A stretch of DNA of 64,000 bases from Omnitrophica WOR_2 bacterium RIFCSPHIGHO2_02_FULL_50_17 (GTDB lineage Bacteria; Omnitrophota; Gorgyraeia; Zapsychrales; Zapsychraceae). Position 1 is the first letter of the stretch, and each line of letters starts with the position of its first letter. The position numbers and the translations under genes are program-made. Location: positions 66,216-130,215 of the forward strand of contig MHGQ01000049.1 in NCBI GenBank assembly GCA_001805645.1. Reading direction: 5' to 3'. Shown piece by piece: positions 27,491-35,889 of this stretch. The notes beneath the pieces are model-generated. The model was not told the origin of the DNA. It ran no database searches and worked only from the letters and a program-made list of their open reading frames with translations.

Positions 27491-29065
27491 TCATCTTCTT
27501 CTTTTCATGGCTCCTGAGGCAGACCCACCCTTTTGCGGATTTCTCTTAGCGGCGCCATAAGCTTTCTTTGCAGCTCCAGGATGCCTCTCGGCGGCCCGAT
27601 AAACTTTCTTCGCCGCACCAGGATGTTCCTGGGCCGCGCGATAAGCCTTTTTGGCAGCGGCGGGATGATTCTCCGCCGCTCGGTAGGCTTTCTTTGCCGC
27701 TCCAGGATGCCTCTCGGCGGCCCGGTAAACTTTCTTCGCCGCATCAGGATGTTTCTGGGCATCCTTATAGAGTTGTTTTGCCGCACCAGGATGTTCCTGG
27801 GCCGCACGGTAAACCTTTCTGGCAGCATCGGGATGCTGGGCGGCATCTTTGAGCACCTTAGGGGGTAGAGCCGGCTGAATGCGGTCACGGACATCTTCTC
27901 TGCGATCGCGCACATCCTCCTGGCGATCAATAACATTTTCCCGTCGATCCCGAACATCTTCTCTGCGATCACGCACATCCTCACGCCGGTCACGAACATC
28001 TTCTCTTTGATCCCAAACGTCCTCCCTCGCGTCACGGATATCTTCGAGTTTATCCTTACGGCCGCCTTCATGCTGACTGTCCCAGACATCTTCCCGTGCG
28101 TCCAGAATATCTTCACGGCGGTCGCGGACATCTTCGCGTTTGTCCCACACATCCTCCCGATGGTCGCGGACGTCTTCGCGCCGGTCATGGACATCTTCCC
28201 GCCGGTCGCGATAATCTTCCCTGCGGTCACGCACATCCTCAACACGATCCTTAAAATGCGGGCCAGTCCCTGGGCCTCCAACAGGCCCCGGCGGATTCAC
28301 TCCAGGATGCTCCTCTAAAAACTTGCGATGTTTGTACGCCTCTTGCGCCACCTCCGGATGCTGATTAAGCCACTCCCGTTTTTCATAAAGTTTTTTCGCC
28401 ACATCAGGATGGTTCTCCAAAAACTCCCGATTTTTGAAAACCTCTTTAGCGACACCAGGATGTTGACCCAGCCACTCGCGATTTCCGTAAACTTCTTGAG
28501 CCACGCCGGGATGCTCCTTAAGCCATTGACGGTTGGCGATTAGCTTTTGGGCAATGCCGGGATGTTCCTCAAGCCATTTGTGGTCTTTATAAAGATACGG
28601 AAGCTCTCCCTTATGTTCAATAAGCTTCTGCTTCTCAGCCTGTTTGTAGGCCTTGGCCTCGTCCAAATCCAGGGCGCCGTCGCCGTCGGCATCAAACATG
28701 ACAGCCCTGTCCCAGCGCTCATCCCCAAAGGCCTGGGCCTCTCGCTGTGTGCGGTTATTCGTCCAATCCTCTTCTGTTAAAAGCCCGTCATCGCCGGCCA
28801 GTGTGTCAAATTTACTCCTGTCATAATAGTCATCATACTTCTCTATGATCCCTTCCCCGGTTGCGCCGGCGTGTCTTTCCTTGAATTCCTCCAGCCTTTC
28901 CTGCCTGGTTTCGATAACCTGCGCCGCGCCGGGATGCTTCTCCTCAAATGCCTCGATGCGTTCGGTACGCTTTTCGATGGCGGTGGAGATTCCGCCGCCT
29001 TCCTGCGCCCCCGCGACCGGCACCATCCAGATGCCGAACGCTAAAACAAGGAATAATCTCTTCAT
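27491..29065 (-). CDS. Secreted tandem-repeat protein (EF-hand, WLxxHPGVA 17-mers, REDVRDR heptads, HPGAAKKAYRAAE 13-mers)
   Basis: The true start is probably MKRLFLVLAFGIWMVPVAGA, a signal peptide, preceded by the RBS GGAGGG. The track ORF begins 23 codons earlier. It carries a canonical EF-hand loop (DADGDGALDLDE), about 6 repeats of 17 aa, about 20 repeats of 7 aa, and about 8 repeats of 13 aa. The repeats are also visible at DNA level. Confidence 0.7.
   Translation of the reverse strand: MKRLFLVLAFGIWMVPVAGAQEGGGISTAIEKRTERIEAFEEKHPGAAQVIETRQERLEEFKERHAGATGEGIIEKYDDYYDRSKFDTLAGDDGLLTEEDWTNNRTQREAQAFGDERWDRAVMFDADGDGALDLDEAKAYKQAEKQKLIEHKGELPYLYKDHKWLEEHPGIAQKLIANRQWLKEHPGVAQEVYGNREWLGQHPGVAKEVFKNREFLENHPDVAKKLYEKREWLNQHPEVAQEAYKHRKFLEEHPGVNPPGPVGGPGTGPHFKDRVEDVRDRREDYRDRREDVHDRREDVRDHREDVWDKREDVRDRREDILDAREDVWDSQHEGGRKDKLEDIRDAREDVWDQREDVRDRREDVRDRREDVRDRRENVIDRQEDVRDRREDVRDRIQPALPPKVLKDAAQHPDAARKVYRAAQEHPGAAKQLYKDAQKHPDAAKKVYRAAERHPGAAKKAYRAAENHPAAAKKAYRAAQEHPGAAKKVYRAAERHPGAAKKAYGAAKRNPQKGGSASGAMKRRR
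27540..27850. repeat. Intragenic tandem DNA repeat, about 39-bp period (encodes the HPGAAKKAYRAAE 13-mers)
   Basis: Periodic recurrence of ccaggatg...cggcggcccgataaactttcttcgccgc. Confidence 0.7.
27873..28255. repeat. Intragenic tandem DNA repeat, 21-bp period (encodes the EDVRDRR heptads)
   Basis: Recurrent gcggtcacggacatcttctct-like units. Confidence 0.7.
28300..28610. repeat. Intragenic tandem DNA repeat, 51-bp period (encodes the WLxxHPGVAxEVYxNRE 17-mers)
   Basis: CCAGGATG / CCGGGATG recurs every 51 nt. Confidence 0.7.
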
Positions 29066-29163
29066 GGTTTTACCCTCCCTTTCCAATCTTGCCGCATGTT
29101 TTGTACGCTTGGTCATATCTATCCCATTAAACACAGTGTTTGTCCAAAAGTTTCGCAGAAATT

Positions 29164-29937
29164 TTACCGACTGCCTCGTTTGCGGTAAATTGGCCCCGGG
29201 CCGGGGCCGCCCGATTTCTGACGCACGTCAGAAATCTCCCCGCCACCCGCCGAAGGCGAGGCTCGCCCTTGACGGCCCGCCGCGGGACGCGGCCTGTTTT
29301 CTTCCAAAGGACGCCGCGCCTGTACAGGAGGCTCTTTAAGAAACCGGCCTCCCCGACGTTCATTTGTTCTTTGCCTAAACTCTTCCCTTAATTCCTGCTT
29401 TCGTTCCGGCGCAAGATTCTGCCATTTTTCCCTTCGTTCCCTTAGCTGCTGTCTTTGTTCAGGGGGCAATCCCCTGAAACGCTTATACCGCTCCCGGATC
29501 AACTGCTTTTTCTCAGGCGGAAGCTGCTGCCATCTTTTATACTTTTCAACAATCTCCTGACGCCTGTTCGGCGGCAAATTCCTAATCCTTCCCCAATTCT
29601 GACGTACTTTCTTTTTTAATTCGGGAGGCAGCTGTTGATACCGCTGAAATCTCTGCTTGATTTCAGCTTTCTGGGCCGGGTCCAGATTTCTCCATCGCTC
29701 TAATCGCTTCCTTAACTTCTGTTTCTGTTCAGGGGGTAGTTGTTGCCACCGGCGGCGGGCCTGCGGAGAAACTTCTCCGCCCTCACCAACACCTTCCTGA
29801 ACGGCTTTTTGTTGTTGTGACGGCATGGGTGTTGTCTGCGCTTGGTCTTGCGCCGTATAAGCGATGCCGCAAGCCAACACAGCAATCAGAACAAAAGAAA
29901 ATATATACAATCGGCGTCGTTTATTGTTCATTTCCAC
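29164..29937 (-). CDS. DUF3106-like periplasmic repeat protein (W-x2-L-P-P-E-x-K/R repeats)
   Basis: Signal anchor, then about 8 repeats such as RWQQLPPEQKQKLRKRLERWRNLDPAQK. From memory this matches the DUF3106 pattern. The tail is Arg/Gly-rich. Confidence 0.6.
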   Translation of the reverse strand: MEMNNKRRRLYIFSFVLIAVLACGIAYTAQDQAQTTPMPSQQQKAVQEGVGEGGEVSPQARRRWQQLPPEQKQKLRKRLERWRNLDPAQKAEIKQRFQRYQQLPPELKKKVRQNWGRIRNLPPNRRQEIVEKYKRWQQLPPEKKQLIRERYKRFRGLPPEQRQQLRERREKWQNLAPERKQELREEFRQRTNERRGGRFLKEPPVQARRPLEENRPRPAAGRQGRASPSAGGGEISDVRQKSGGPGPGPIYRKRGSR

Positions 29938-30151
29938 TCACCTCCCATTCATCTAAGACCTCATAGTCATCCAAAAAAACCGCATTTTCCTCCAAGAACT
30001 CCAGACTCTCTAGAAATTCCAGATTCGTGATAACCTCCGCGTCCTCTTCGGAAATTCCCTCCGCTTCTTGAGCGGAGTCAGTAACCACGTCCGCCGCAAG
30101 GGGCGCTGTCCATATCAAGACCAAAATACCGGCCATGAACAACGTTCTCAT
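29921..30151 (-). CDS. Small secreted acidic protein (76 aa)
   Basis: A signal peptide (MRTLFMAGILVLIWTAPLAA) followed by the acidic LEFLESLEFLEE...DDYEVLDEWEV. The motifs echo the C-terminal tail of the upstream anti-sigma factor. Confidence 0.5.
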   Translation of the reverse strand: MRTLFMAGILVLIWTAPLAADVVTDSAQEAEGISEEDAEVITNLEFLESLEFLEENAVFLDDYEVLDEWEVSGNEQ

Positions 30152-30729
30152 ATGAGCTCCAAACTATCCGCGTTCTCGATCACTTCCAGATCCTCAAAAA
30201 AATCTATGTCCTGAATAATGTCAAAATTTTCGGCCAGCTCGATGTCTTCGGCCGCCCCCAGAGAAGGATGGTCGAAGACCATCTCCAGTTCCTCCTGGTT
30301 CAAGTTGGCGGCCAGATCCTGCGCCTCCCGCATCTGCCAGTAATTGCGCAAAGAAAAAATCCCGGTAAAAACCAGGACGCAAACCGCGGCGAAGACAGGC
30401 GCTAAGCGTTTCCTGCGCAAGCCCTCAAGTGATTCCTGGATCCCCCGCGCGACCCTTTCCCTCCATGGCCGCTGAAGGGAAACCCTAGTCCAAAAGCGGG
30501 AGACATAGCCGGGGGACGGCTCAATGTTTTGCCACTCTCCCAGCATCTTCCACGAGCGTTCCAGGGCATGGAGTTCCTTCTGGCAGGCCGCGCAGGACGC
30601 CAGATGCTCTTTAACGGCCATGGTCTCTTGCGGGTCCGATTCACCGTCTAAATAAACAGGGATGAGTTTTTTTATCTCAACACAGCGCATTTTTGTCCCT
30701 CCCACATTTATAACACATCGCCTATTCAA
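30148..30729 (-). CDS. Anti-sigma factor, zf-HC2 type, single TM with an acidic periplasmic tail
   Basis: The HLASCAACQ motif (H-x3-C-x2-C), the TM segment LAPVFAAVCVLVFTGIFSL, and a C-terminal acidic region. The probable start is the internal MRCVEIKK. Confidence 0.7.
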   Translation of the reverse strand: MNRRCVINVGGTKMRCVEIKKLIPVYLDGESDPQETMAVKEHLASCAACQKELHALERSWKMLGEWQNIEPSPGYVSRFWTRVSLQRPWRERVARGIQESLEGLRRKRLAPVFAAVCVLVFTGIFSLRNYWQMREAQDLAANLNQEELEMVFDHPSLGAAEDIELAENFDIIQDIDFFEDLEVIENADSLELI

Positions 30730-31336
30730 AAGTTTCGGCGGGCGTTAATTTATTTTTAAGGTTCTCTTTGGCCCGGCTCAGAAGCGATTTGACCGCCTTA
30801 ACCGATAGGCGCATGGTCTGAGCAATCTCCTCATAGGAAAACTGTTCGTACCGGCGCAAAATCACGGCCATACGCTGGTTCTGCGGCAAAGAGTCAATGG
30901 CCTCCCGCACCGCCGCCGCGGCCTCCTCGCGCAATATCTGTTCATCCGCCCGCGGGGCCGCTGTATCCTCTATTTGTCTCTCCATCGGGCCGTCATCGGA
31001 TACAAAAGGATCATCGAGGGAAACAGCTATTTTTTTATGATGCCTCAGCTCATTAAGGCTGATATTCTTTGCGATGGTATAAATCCATGTCTGAAACTTG
31101 GATTTTGGCCGATACCGCGACGCCGCATGGTAGACCTTCAGAAAAACCTCCTGGGTTAAATCCTCAGCGATTTCCCGGCGGCCGACAAACCGAAAGATAA
31201 AATTGAAAAGACGGGGATAATATTTGTGCATGAGGGTCTCAAAGGAACGATTATTGCCCCCTTGCACCTCAAGCATTAAACGGACATCAGGGTCATCCAG
31301 GAAGGGATTGGGTTTATCCACAAAGAGCATGATCAA
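30722..31336 (-). CDS. ECF (sigma-24 / RpoE-type) RNA polymerase sigma factor
   Basis: Sigma-70 region 2 (LTQEVFLKVY...) and a region 4 HTH (FSYEEIAQTMRLSVKAVKSLLSRA). Confidence 0.85.
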   Translation of the reverse strand: MIMLFVDKPNPFLDDPDVRLMLEVQGGNNRSFETLMHKYYPRLFNFIFRFVGRREIAEDLTQEVFLKVYHAASRYRPKSKFQTWIYTIAKNISLNELRHHKKIAVSLDDPFVSDDGPMERQIEDTAAPRADEQILREEAAAAVREAIDSLPQNQRMAVILRRYEQFSYEEIAQTMRLSVKAVKSLLSRAKENLKNKLTPAETFE

Positions 31337-32480
31337 GATCGTTAATCAAATCCTGCACACCTTCGATACCGGCCGAGATGCGGATTGTCTCCGGGGTAAT
31401 ACCGGAGGTCTTTAAAGCCGCCTTCCCCATGGAGGCATGGCTCATCGAATAAGGGTGTTCGACGAGAGATTCCACCCCGCCTAACGATTCGGCCAAAGAA
31501 AAATATTTTAACTTGCGGAAGAACGCATCCAGCGGGACGTTCTGCGTATCCAGCTCAAACGATACTATCCCGCCGAAACCTGTCATCTGCTTTTTAATGA
31601 GGGCGTACTGAGGATGACTCTGGAGTCCTGGATAATAGACCTTCTTGACAGATTTATGTTTCTCTAAGAATTGGGCAATTGTCCTGGCATTGGCCTGATG
31701 GGCTTCCATGCGCTGAGCCAGGGTCTTCACCCCGCGTAAAACCAGCCAGGCATCAAAGGGGGCCTGCGAGACGCCGAGGGCGTTAATGAGAAAGCGCCCT
31801 TTTCTCTCCAGCTCCTTGTTCCCGTAAACAAGGGCGCCGCCCACGACATCGCTGTGACCGTTCAGATATTTGGTCGTTGAATGCATCACCATGTCCGCTC
31901 CGAATTCAAAGGGCTTTTGAAAATACGGCGAGAGAAACGTGTTATCAACAACCGTCAAAATATCTTTCTTGCGGGCAAGAGCAATAACCGCCTCCAAATC
32001 CACAATGTTTAAAAGCGGGTTGGAGGGCGTCTCAATCCAGACCATCTTTGTTTTTTTCGTCAAGGCCTTGCGAAGTGTGTTCGGATCGCGCATATGGACA
32101 AAATGGAAATCAATTCCCCAAGAGGAAAAAACCTGGTCAAAGAGCCGGTAGGTCCCGCCGTAGATATCATCACCGGTAATCACATGATCCCCCGGCTTTA
32201 AAAAAAACAGGGCGGTCGTTATAGCCGCCATGCCGGTGGCCGTGGCCGAGGCCCCCACACCGCCTTCTAAAGAGGCGATGTTTTCCTCAAGGGCTGTCCG
32301 GGTCGGATTGCCGCTTCGGGTATAATCATAGCCCTTATTCTTTCTCAAGGCATCGAAATAAAACGTAGATGTGGGATAAATCGGGGTTGTAACGGAATTG
32401 TAACTGGCATCTTTGTAGACACCCGTGTGAACGGCTCTTGTGCGGATATCTTTTTTATCCCGCTGTAGAGGCATATTCAT
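31314..32480 (-). CDS. Cys/Met-metabolism PLP-dependent enzyme (cystathionine gamma-synthase / beta-lyase family)
   Basis: PIYPTSTF, the TRSGNPTR motif, and the STTKYLNGHSD PLP-lysine motif. Confidence 0.85.
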   Translation of the reverse strand: MNMPLQRDKKDIRTRAVHTGVYKDASYNSVTTPIYPTSTFYFDALRKNKGYDYTRSGNPTRTALEENIASLEGGVGASATATGMAAITTALFFLKPGDHVITGDDIYGGTYRLFDQVFSSWGIDFHFVHMRDPNTLRKALTKKTKMVWIETPSNPLLNIVDLEAVIALARKKDILTVVDNTFLSPYFQKPFEFGADMVMHSTTKYLNGHSDVVGGALVYGNKELERKGRFLINALGVSQAPFDAWLVLRGVKTLAQRMEAHQANARTIAQFLEKHKSVKKVYYPGLQSHPQYALIKKQMTGFGGIVSFELDTQNVPLDAFFRKLKYFSLAESLGGVESLVEHPYSMSHASMGKAALKTSGITPETIRISAGIEGVQDLINDLDHALCG

Positions 32481-32854
32481 CCTATCAACTGCTCAACCTT
32501 GGCCTTCAGCACATTATTATCAAACGGCTTCTGCAGCGTATCCTCAACGCCCATTCTTTTGATCTCCCCTTGATTCGCCGCATTGATAACGGCCGAAACA
32601 ACCAGGATCTTAACTCCCTTATTGTCTGGGTCATTACGAATAGCTGTGCACAATTTATAGCCGTCCACCCGCGGCATCCGTAAGTCCAAGATCACCAAAT
32701 CGGGTTTGCCTTCCATGAAATATTGCACGGCCTCAAGACCGTCGTAGGCCACCTTAAGATCGTATTTATTCTCTAGGCTCAACGTCCGCTTGATCGCCTT
32801 GGCCATGGCCTCGTCATCATCAACAATTAAAATCTTCTTTTGATCCCCACCCAT
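32477..32854 (-). CDS. Single-domain response regulator (REC)
   Basis: KILIVDDDEAM...DLVILDLRMP...ILVVSA. Length is 125 aa. Confidence 0.8.
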   Translation of the reverse strand: MGGDQKKILIVDDDEAMAKAIKRTLSLENKYDLKVAYDGLEAVQYFMEGKPDLVILDLRMPRVDGYKLCTAIRNDPDNKGVKILVVSAVINAANQGEIKRMGVEDTLQKPFDNNVLKAKVEQLIG

Positions 32855-32886
32855 TTCAGTATCCCCCCAAATGTTCTCAGCCGGTT

Positions 32887-33894
32887 TTAGTTCACCTGCA
32901 GCACCATCCGGTAACGGGCCTTCCCCTGCCGAACTTTCTCGACAGCCGTGTTGACCTCCTTTAAAGGAAGCACCTCTGTTTGGGCCCGGATATTATGGCG
33001 GGCAACAAAGGCAAGCATATCCCTGATTAAGGACGGGCTTCCGATCACGCTGGCGATCACCCCCTTCTGCCCCGAGATGATAGCGCCGGCAGGGACTTCC
33101 AGCGGCTCAGGGACAGCCCCGACGACAATGAGCCGGCCGTTGGGTCTGAGCATACTCAGATACATCGCCCAGTCCAGATTGACATTTACGGTCGTCAAGA
33201 GAAAATCAAAACGGCGTTTCAACTTTTCCAGCCACGATTTATCTGTACTGCTTACGAAATAATCCGCTCCCAACTGCTTGGCCTCTTGGACCTTATCCGG
33301 CGTATGCGAAAAAGCCGTGACCTCACATCCCATGCCATGGGCGAATTGAAGGGCAAAATGCCCCAGGCCCCCTATCCCGATGACCCCGACCTTATCGGCT
33401 GCCTTGACAAGCCGGCGCAACGGCGAATAGACGGTTATCCCGCCGCAAAGAAGCGGGGCCGCCGTTTGAGAATCTATCTCCTCCGGAATCGGAAAAGCGA
33501 AGCGGCTGTCGACCATCACCTTCTCGGCAAATCCGCCGTAGTGCCCGACGGCCGTCGCCACATCATCGGCGCACAAGTTCTCTTCGCCTCTTAAACACCA
33601 CTCACAACGCATACAGCTTCCCGCCTGCCAGCCCACCCCGGCACGCTGTCCGATCTTTAAATCTTTAACATCCTGGCCGATGCGCTCAACTGTCCCGACG
33701 ATCTCATGCCCCGGCACAAGGGGATATTGACTGATCTGCCAGTCATTATCAATAAGATGAATATCGCTGTGGCAAATTCCGCAGTGGGAAATCTTAATAA
33801 CAGCCTCCATCGGCCCTAACTGCTTAGGCTCCTCATAGCGAAATTCCCTTAATTTCTCCCCGGCCTTATAGACGGCATAACAGCGGATACCCAT
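32887..33894 (-). CDS. Zinc-dependent alcohol dehydrogenase (CAD/YahK-like)
   Basis: GICHSD Zn ligands, the structural-Zn Cys cluster CMRCEWCLRGEENLC, and the GIGGLGH Rossmann motif. Confidence 0.85.
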   Translation of the reverse strand: MGIRCYAVYKAGEKLREFRYEEPKQLGPMEAVIKISHCGICHSDIHLIDNDWQISQYPLVPGHEIVGTVERIGQDVKDLKIGQRAGVGWQAGSCMRCEWCLRGEENLCADDVATAVGHYGGFAEKVMVDSRFAFPIPEEIDSQTAAPLLCGGITVYSPLRRLVKAADKVGVIGIGGLGHFALQFAHGMGCEVTAFSHTPDKVQEAKQLGADYFVSSTDKSWLEKLKRRFDFLLTTVNVNLDWAMYLSMLRPNGRLIVVGAVPEPLEVPAGAIISGQKGVIASVIGSPSLIRDMLAFVARHNIRAQTEVLPLKEVNTAVEKVRQGKARYRMVLQVN

Positions 33895-33909
33895 AAAAAT
33901 AGCCCCTCG

Positions 33910-34977
33910 CTAAAACCACTTCTTTCTTTTGAAATAAATAAGCATAAAGACGCTGAGGGCGGCCATAAAAGACAAAAGCGCAAAATAGCCGTACCGCCAC
34001 TTCAATTCCGGCATATACTCGAAGTTCATGCCGTAAATACCCGCTAGAAAGGTGAGGGGAATAAAAAAAGCGGAAAACATCGTCAACACCTTCATCACCT
34101 CATTCATGCGGTTGCTGACGCTGGAGAGATACACATCATGCATGGCCGAAAGAGACTCCCGGAAGGCGTCAATGGTGTCATTGATCTGGATCGTATGGCC
34201 GTAAACGTCGCGCAGATATATCTGGGTGGTTTTCGTCACTAAACGCGGCTCATCCCTCAGGAGGCTGTTAATCACATCCCTTAATGGCCACATCTGCCTA
34301 TGCAGGAAGATCATATTCTTTTTCAGTCTGTGAATCTCAACCGGCATCTCCCGGCGGATGCCGCTCATCAATTCCGCCTCCAGCGAATCAATGCGATCCC
34401 CCAGCCTCTCCAGGATAACAAAGTAATAATCGGCAATCTCATCTATCAGGGAATAAGCCAGGTAATCGGCGCCCTCTTTACGGATGCGTCCCTTGGCGCT
34501 GCGAAGGCGCTCGCGCACGCCGTCAAAGACATCGCCGGGCCGTTCCTGTTCCTGAAAAGAAATAACAAAATTCTCCCCCCACAGTAAACTCACCTGCTCC
34601 GAAAAAATATCGCTGCCGTCCCCGTTAAAATAAATCATCCGCAGCACCAGAAAGACATGGTCTCCGTGATCCTCCGCCTTGGGCCGCTGATGGGTATCGA
34701 TGATATCCTCCAAAACCAAGGGATGTATGCCTAAATGGGTGTCAATTTTCTGGATGACGTCCTCATCGCATCCGTCAATGTTAATCCATGTCACGCCCTC
34801 TTTGCCGCGTAAGGGGAAGCACTCCTCAATTGTCTGCGCCTCTTTTTCCTGGAAGGAGTCGGCCGTCCAATCCATGACACTGATCTTGACGACCTTAGAT
34901 TTTCGCTCCAGGGTCGGCGTTAACACCTTACGGGGAAACCCCGCTTTCTTTATCTGTCTATACAGTTTCGGCGTCAT
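33910..34977 (-). CDS. corA: Magnesium/cobalt transporter CorA
   Basis: C-terminal TM helices with the YGMNFEYMPEL (GMN) motif. Confidence 0.85.
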   Translation of the reverse strand: MTPKLYRQIKKAGFPRKVLTPTLERKSKVVKISVMDWTADSFQEKEAQTIEECFPLRGKEGVTWINIDGCDEDVIQKIDTHLGIHPLVLEDIIDTHQRPKAEDHGDHVFLVLRMIYFNGDGSDIFSEQVSLLWGENFVISFQEQERPGDVFDGVRERLRSAKGRIRKEGADYLAYSLIDEIADYYFVILERLGDRIDSLEAELMSGIRREMPVEIHRLKKNMIFLHRQMWPLRDVINSLLRDEPRLVTKTTQIYLRDVYGHTIQINDTIDAFRESLSAMHDVYLSSVSNRMNEVMKVLTMFSAFFIPLTFLAGIYGMNFEYMPELKWRYGYFALLSFMAALSVFMLIYFKRKKWF

Positions 34978-34982
34978 CTATT

Positions 34983-35516
34983 CTACTCATTGGGGAAGAT
35001 ACCCTCGCTGACGGATCGCACGTCTTCAATGGTATAAAACGCCTTTGGATTGAACCGCTTGATGATATTTAAGACCTTCATCAAATCCGAACGCTTGATA
35101 ATGGTAAAAATCATATGCACCTTGCCCGTGCTGCCCTGAGCCTCCATGCTTGTGACGCCGTAGCCTTCCGCTTTCAGATAATTGATCAATTCCGCAACCT
35201 CTTTCTTTGTGATGACACGGATGACCTGTGTCCCGATAGCCAGCCTGTCCTCAATCAGCATCCCCACGAAAGTCCCGATGCTGAAACCGCCGGCGTAGGC
35301 GACATAACAAACGACATTGGTAAGATTCAATGATATCTGACGGATGGCCAAGAGCCAGATAAGCACCTCAAAAAATCCGATGAGGGAGGCGATATAGCGC
35401 TTGCCCTTGGAAAGAAGGATAATCCTGACCGTACTCATGGAGACATCGCATGCTCTCGCCAGGAATATCAAAAAAGGCAGGATCCCCCATTTGAAAAGGG
35501 GGGCATCGATTAACAT
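34983..35516 (-). CDS. UPF0316 / DUF2179 family membrane protein
   Basis: Three N-terminal TM segments and a C-terminal DUF2179-like domain (my recollection of that family). Confidence 0.55.
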   Translation of the reverse strand: MLIDAPLFKWGILPFLIFLARACDVSMSTVRIILLSKGKRYIASLIGFFEVLIWLLAIRQISLNLTNVVCYVAYAGGFSIGTFVGMLIEDRLAIGTQVIRVITKKEVAELINYLKAEGYGVTSMEAQGSTGKVHMIFTIIKRSDLMKVLNIIKRFNPKAFYTIEDVRSVSEGIFPNE

Positions 35517-35598
35517 AAAGATCTCCTCTTAACCGTCCTGGGAGGCAGCCGATTGACCGGCCAGCAACACCACATCTGCTGCGTTGTCCAGCGCAATA

Positions 35599-35889
35599 TT
35601 ACGACACAGAAGCCTTTTCCTGAGAAGAAGCGAGATTTCCCCTCATTAATACGGCCCGAGGGGAAGTGGAGTCCTTGGAAGAGACGGAAGACGCTTCTTT
35701 GTTATACACAATTCTCCCCTCGGCGATTTCTTCCAAGGCAATCGTTGTCACCTTATCGGAAGACGGCTTCCGCATTAAAGAAGGCCTTCCCTCGGAAAGT
35801 TCCAAGGCCCGCCTGGCGGCCATACGGGTAAGCCTATAAACACTGCCGCCCGCCTTCGGCAATAATTCCTCGATAAAAAAATGTTTCAT
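35599..35889 (-). CDS. rpoZ: DNA-directed RNA polymerase subunit omega
   Basis: YRLTRMAARRALEL and TTIALEEIAEGRI resemble the RpoZ motifs (RYxLvxxAAxRARQL; ALxEIxxG). Length is 96 aa. Confidence 0.65.
   Translation of the reverse strand: MKHFFIEELLPKAGGSVYRLTRMAARRALELSEGRPSLMRKPSSDKVTTIALEEIAEGRIVYNKEASSVSSKDSTSPRAVLMRGNLASSQEKASVS

Noticed and set aside
27505-28318. Several long alternative-frame or opposite-strand ORFs inside the repeat gene (e.g. 27505-28281 minus; 27533-27868 and 28007-28318 plus)
   Set aside because: These are artefacts of the periodic sequence. Only the frame with signal peptide, RBS and EF-hand is coherent.
27540-28620. Regularly spaced repeats that might superficially suggest a CRISPR array
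   Set aside because: Units are contiguous with no unique spacers. Periods are 39, 21 and 51 bp, all multiples of 3 and in frame within a signal-peptide-bearing ORF. They are coding tandem repeats.
29066-29163. Possible ECF-type promoter (gaaactt-N16-tttaat) between the DUF3106 gene and the repeat-protein gene
   Set aside because: Match to sigma-E-like consensus (GGAAC...TCxxA) is too weak to call without a position weight matrix scan.
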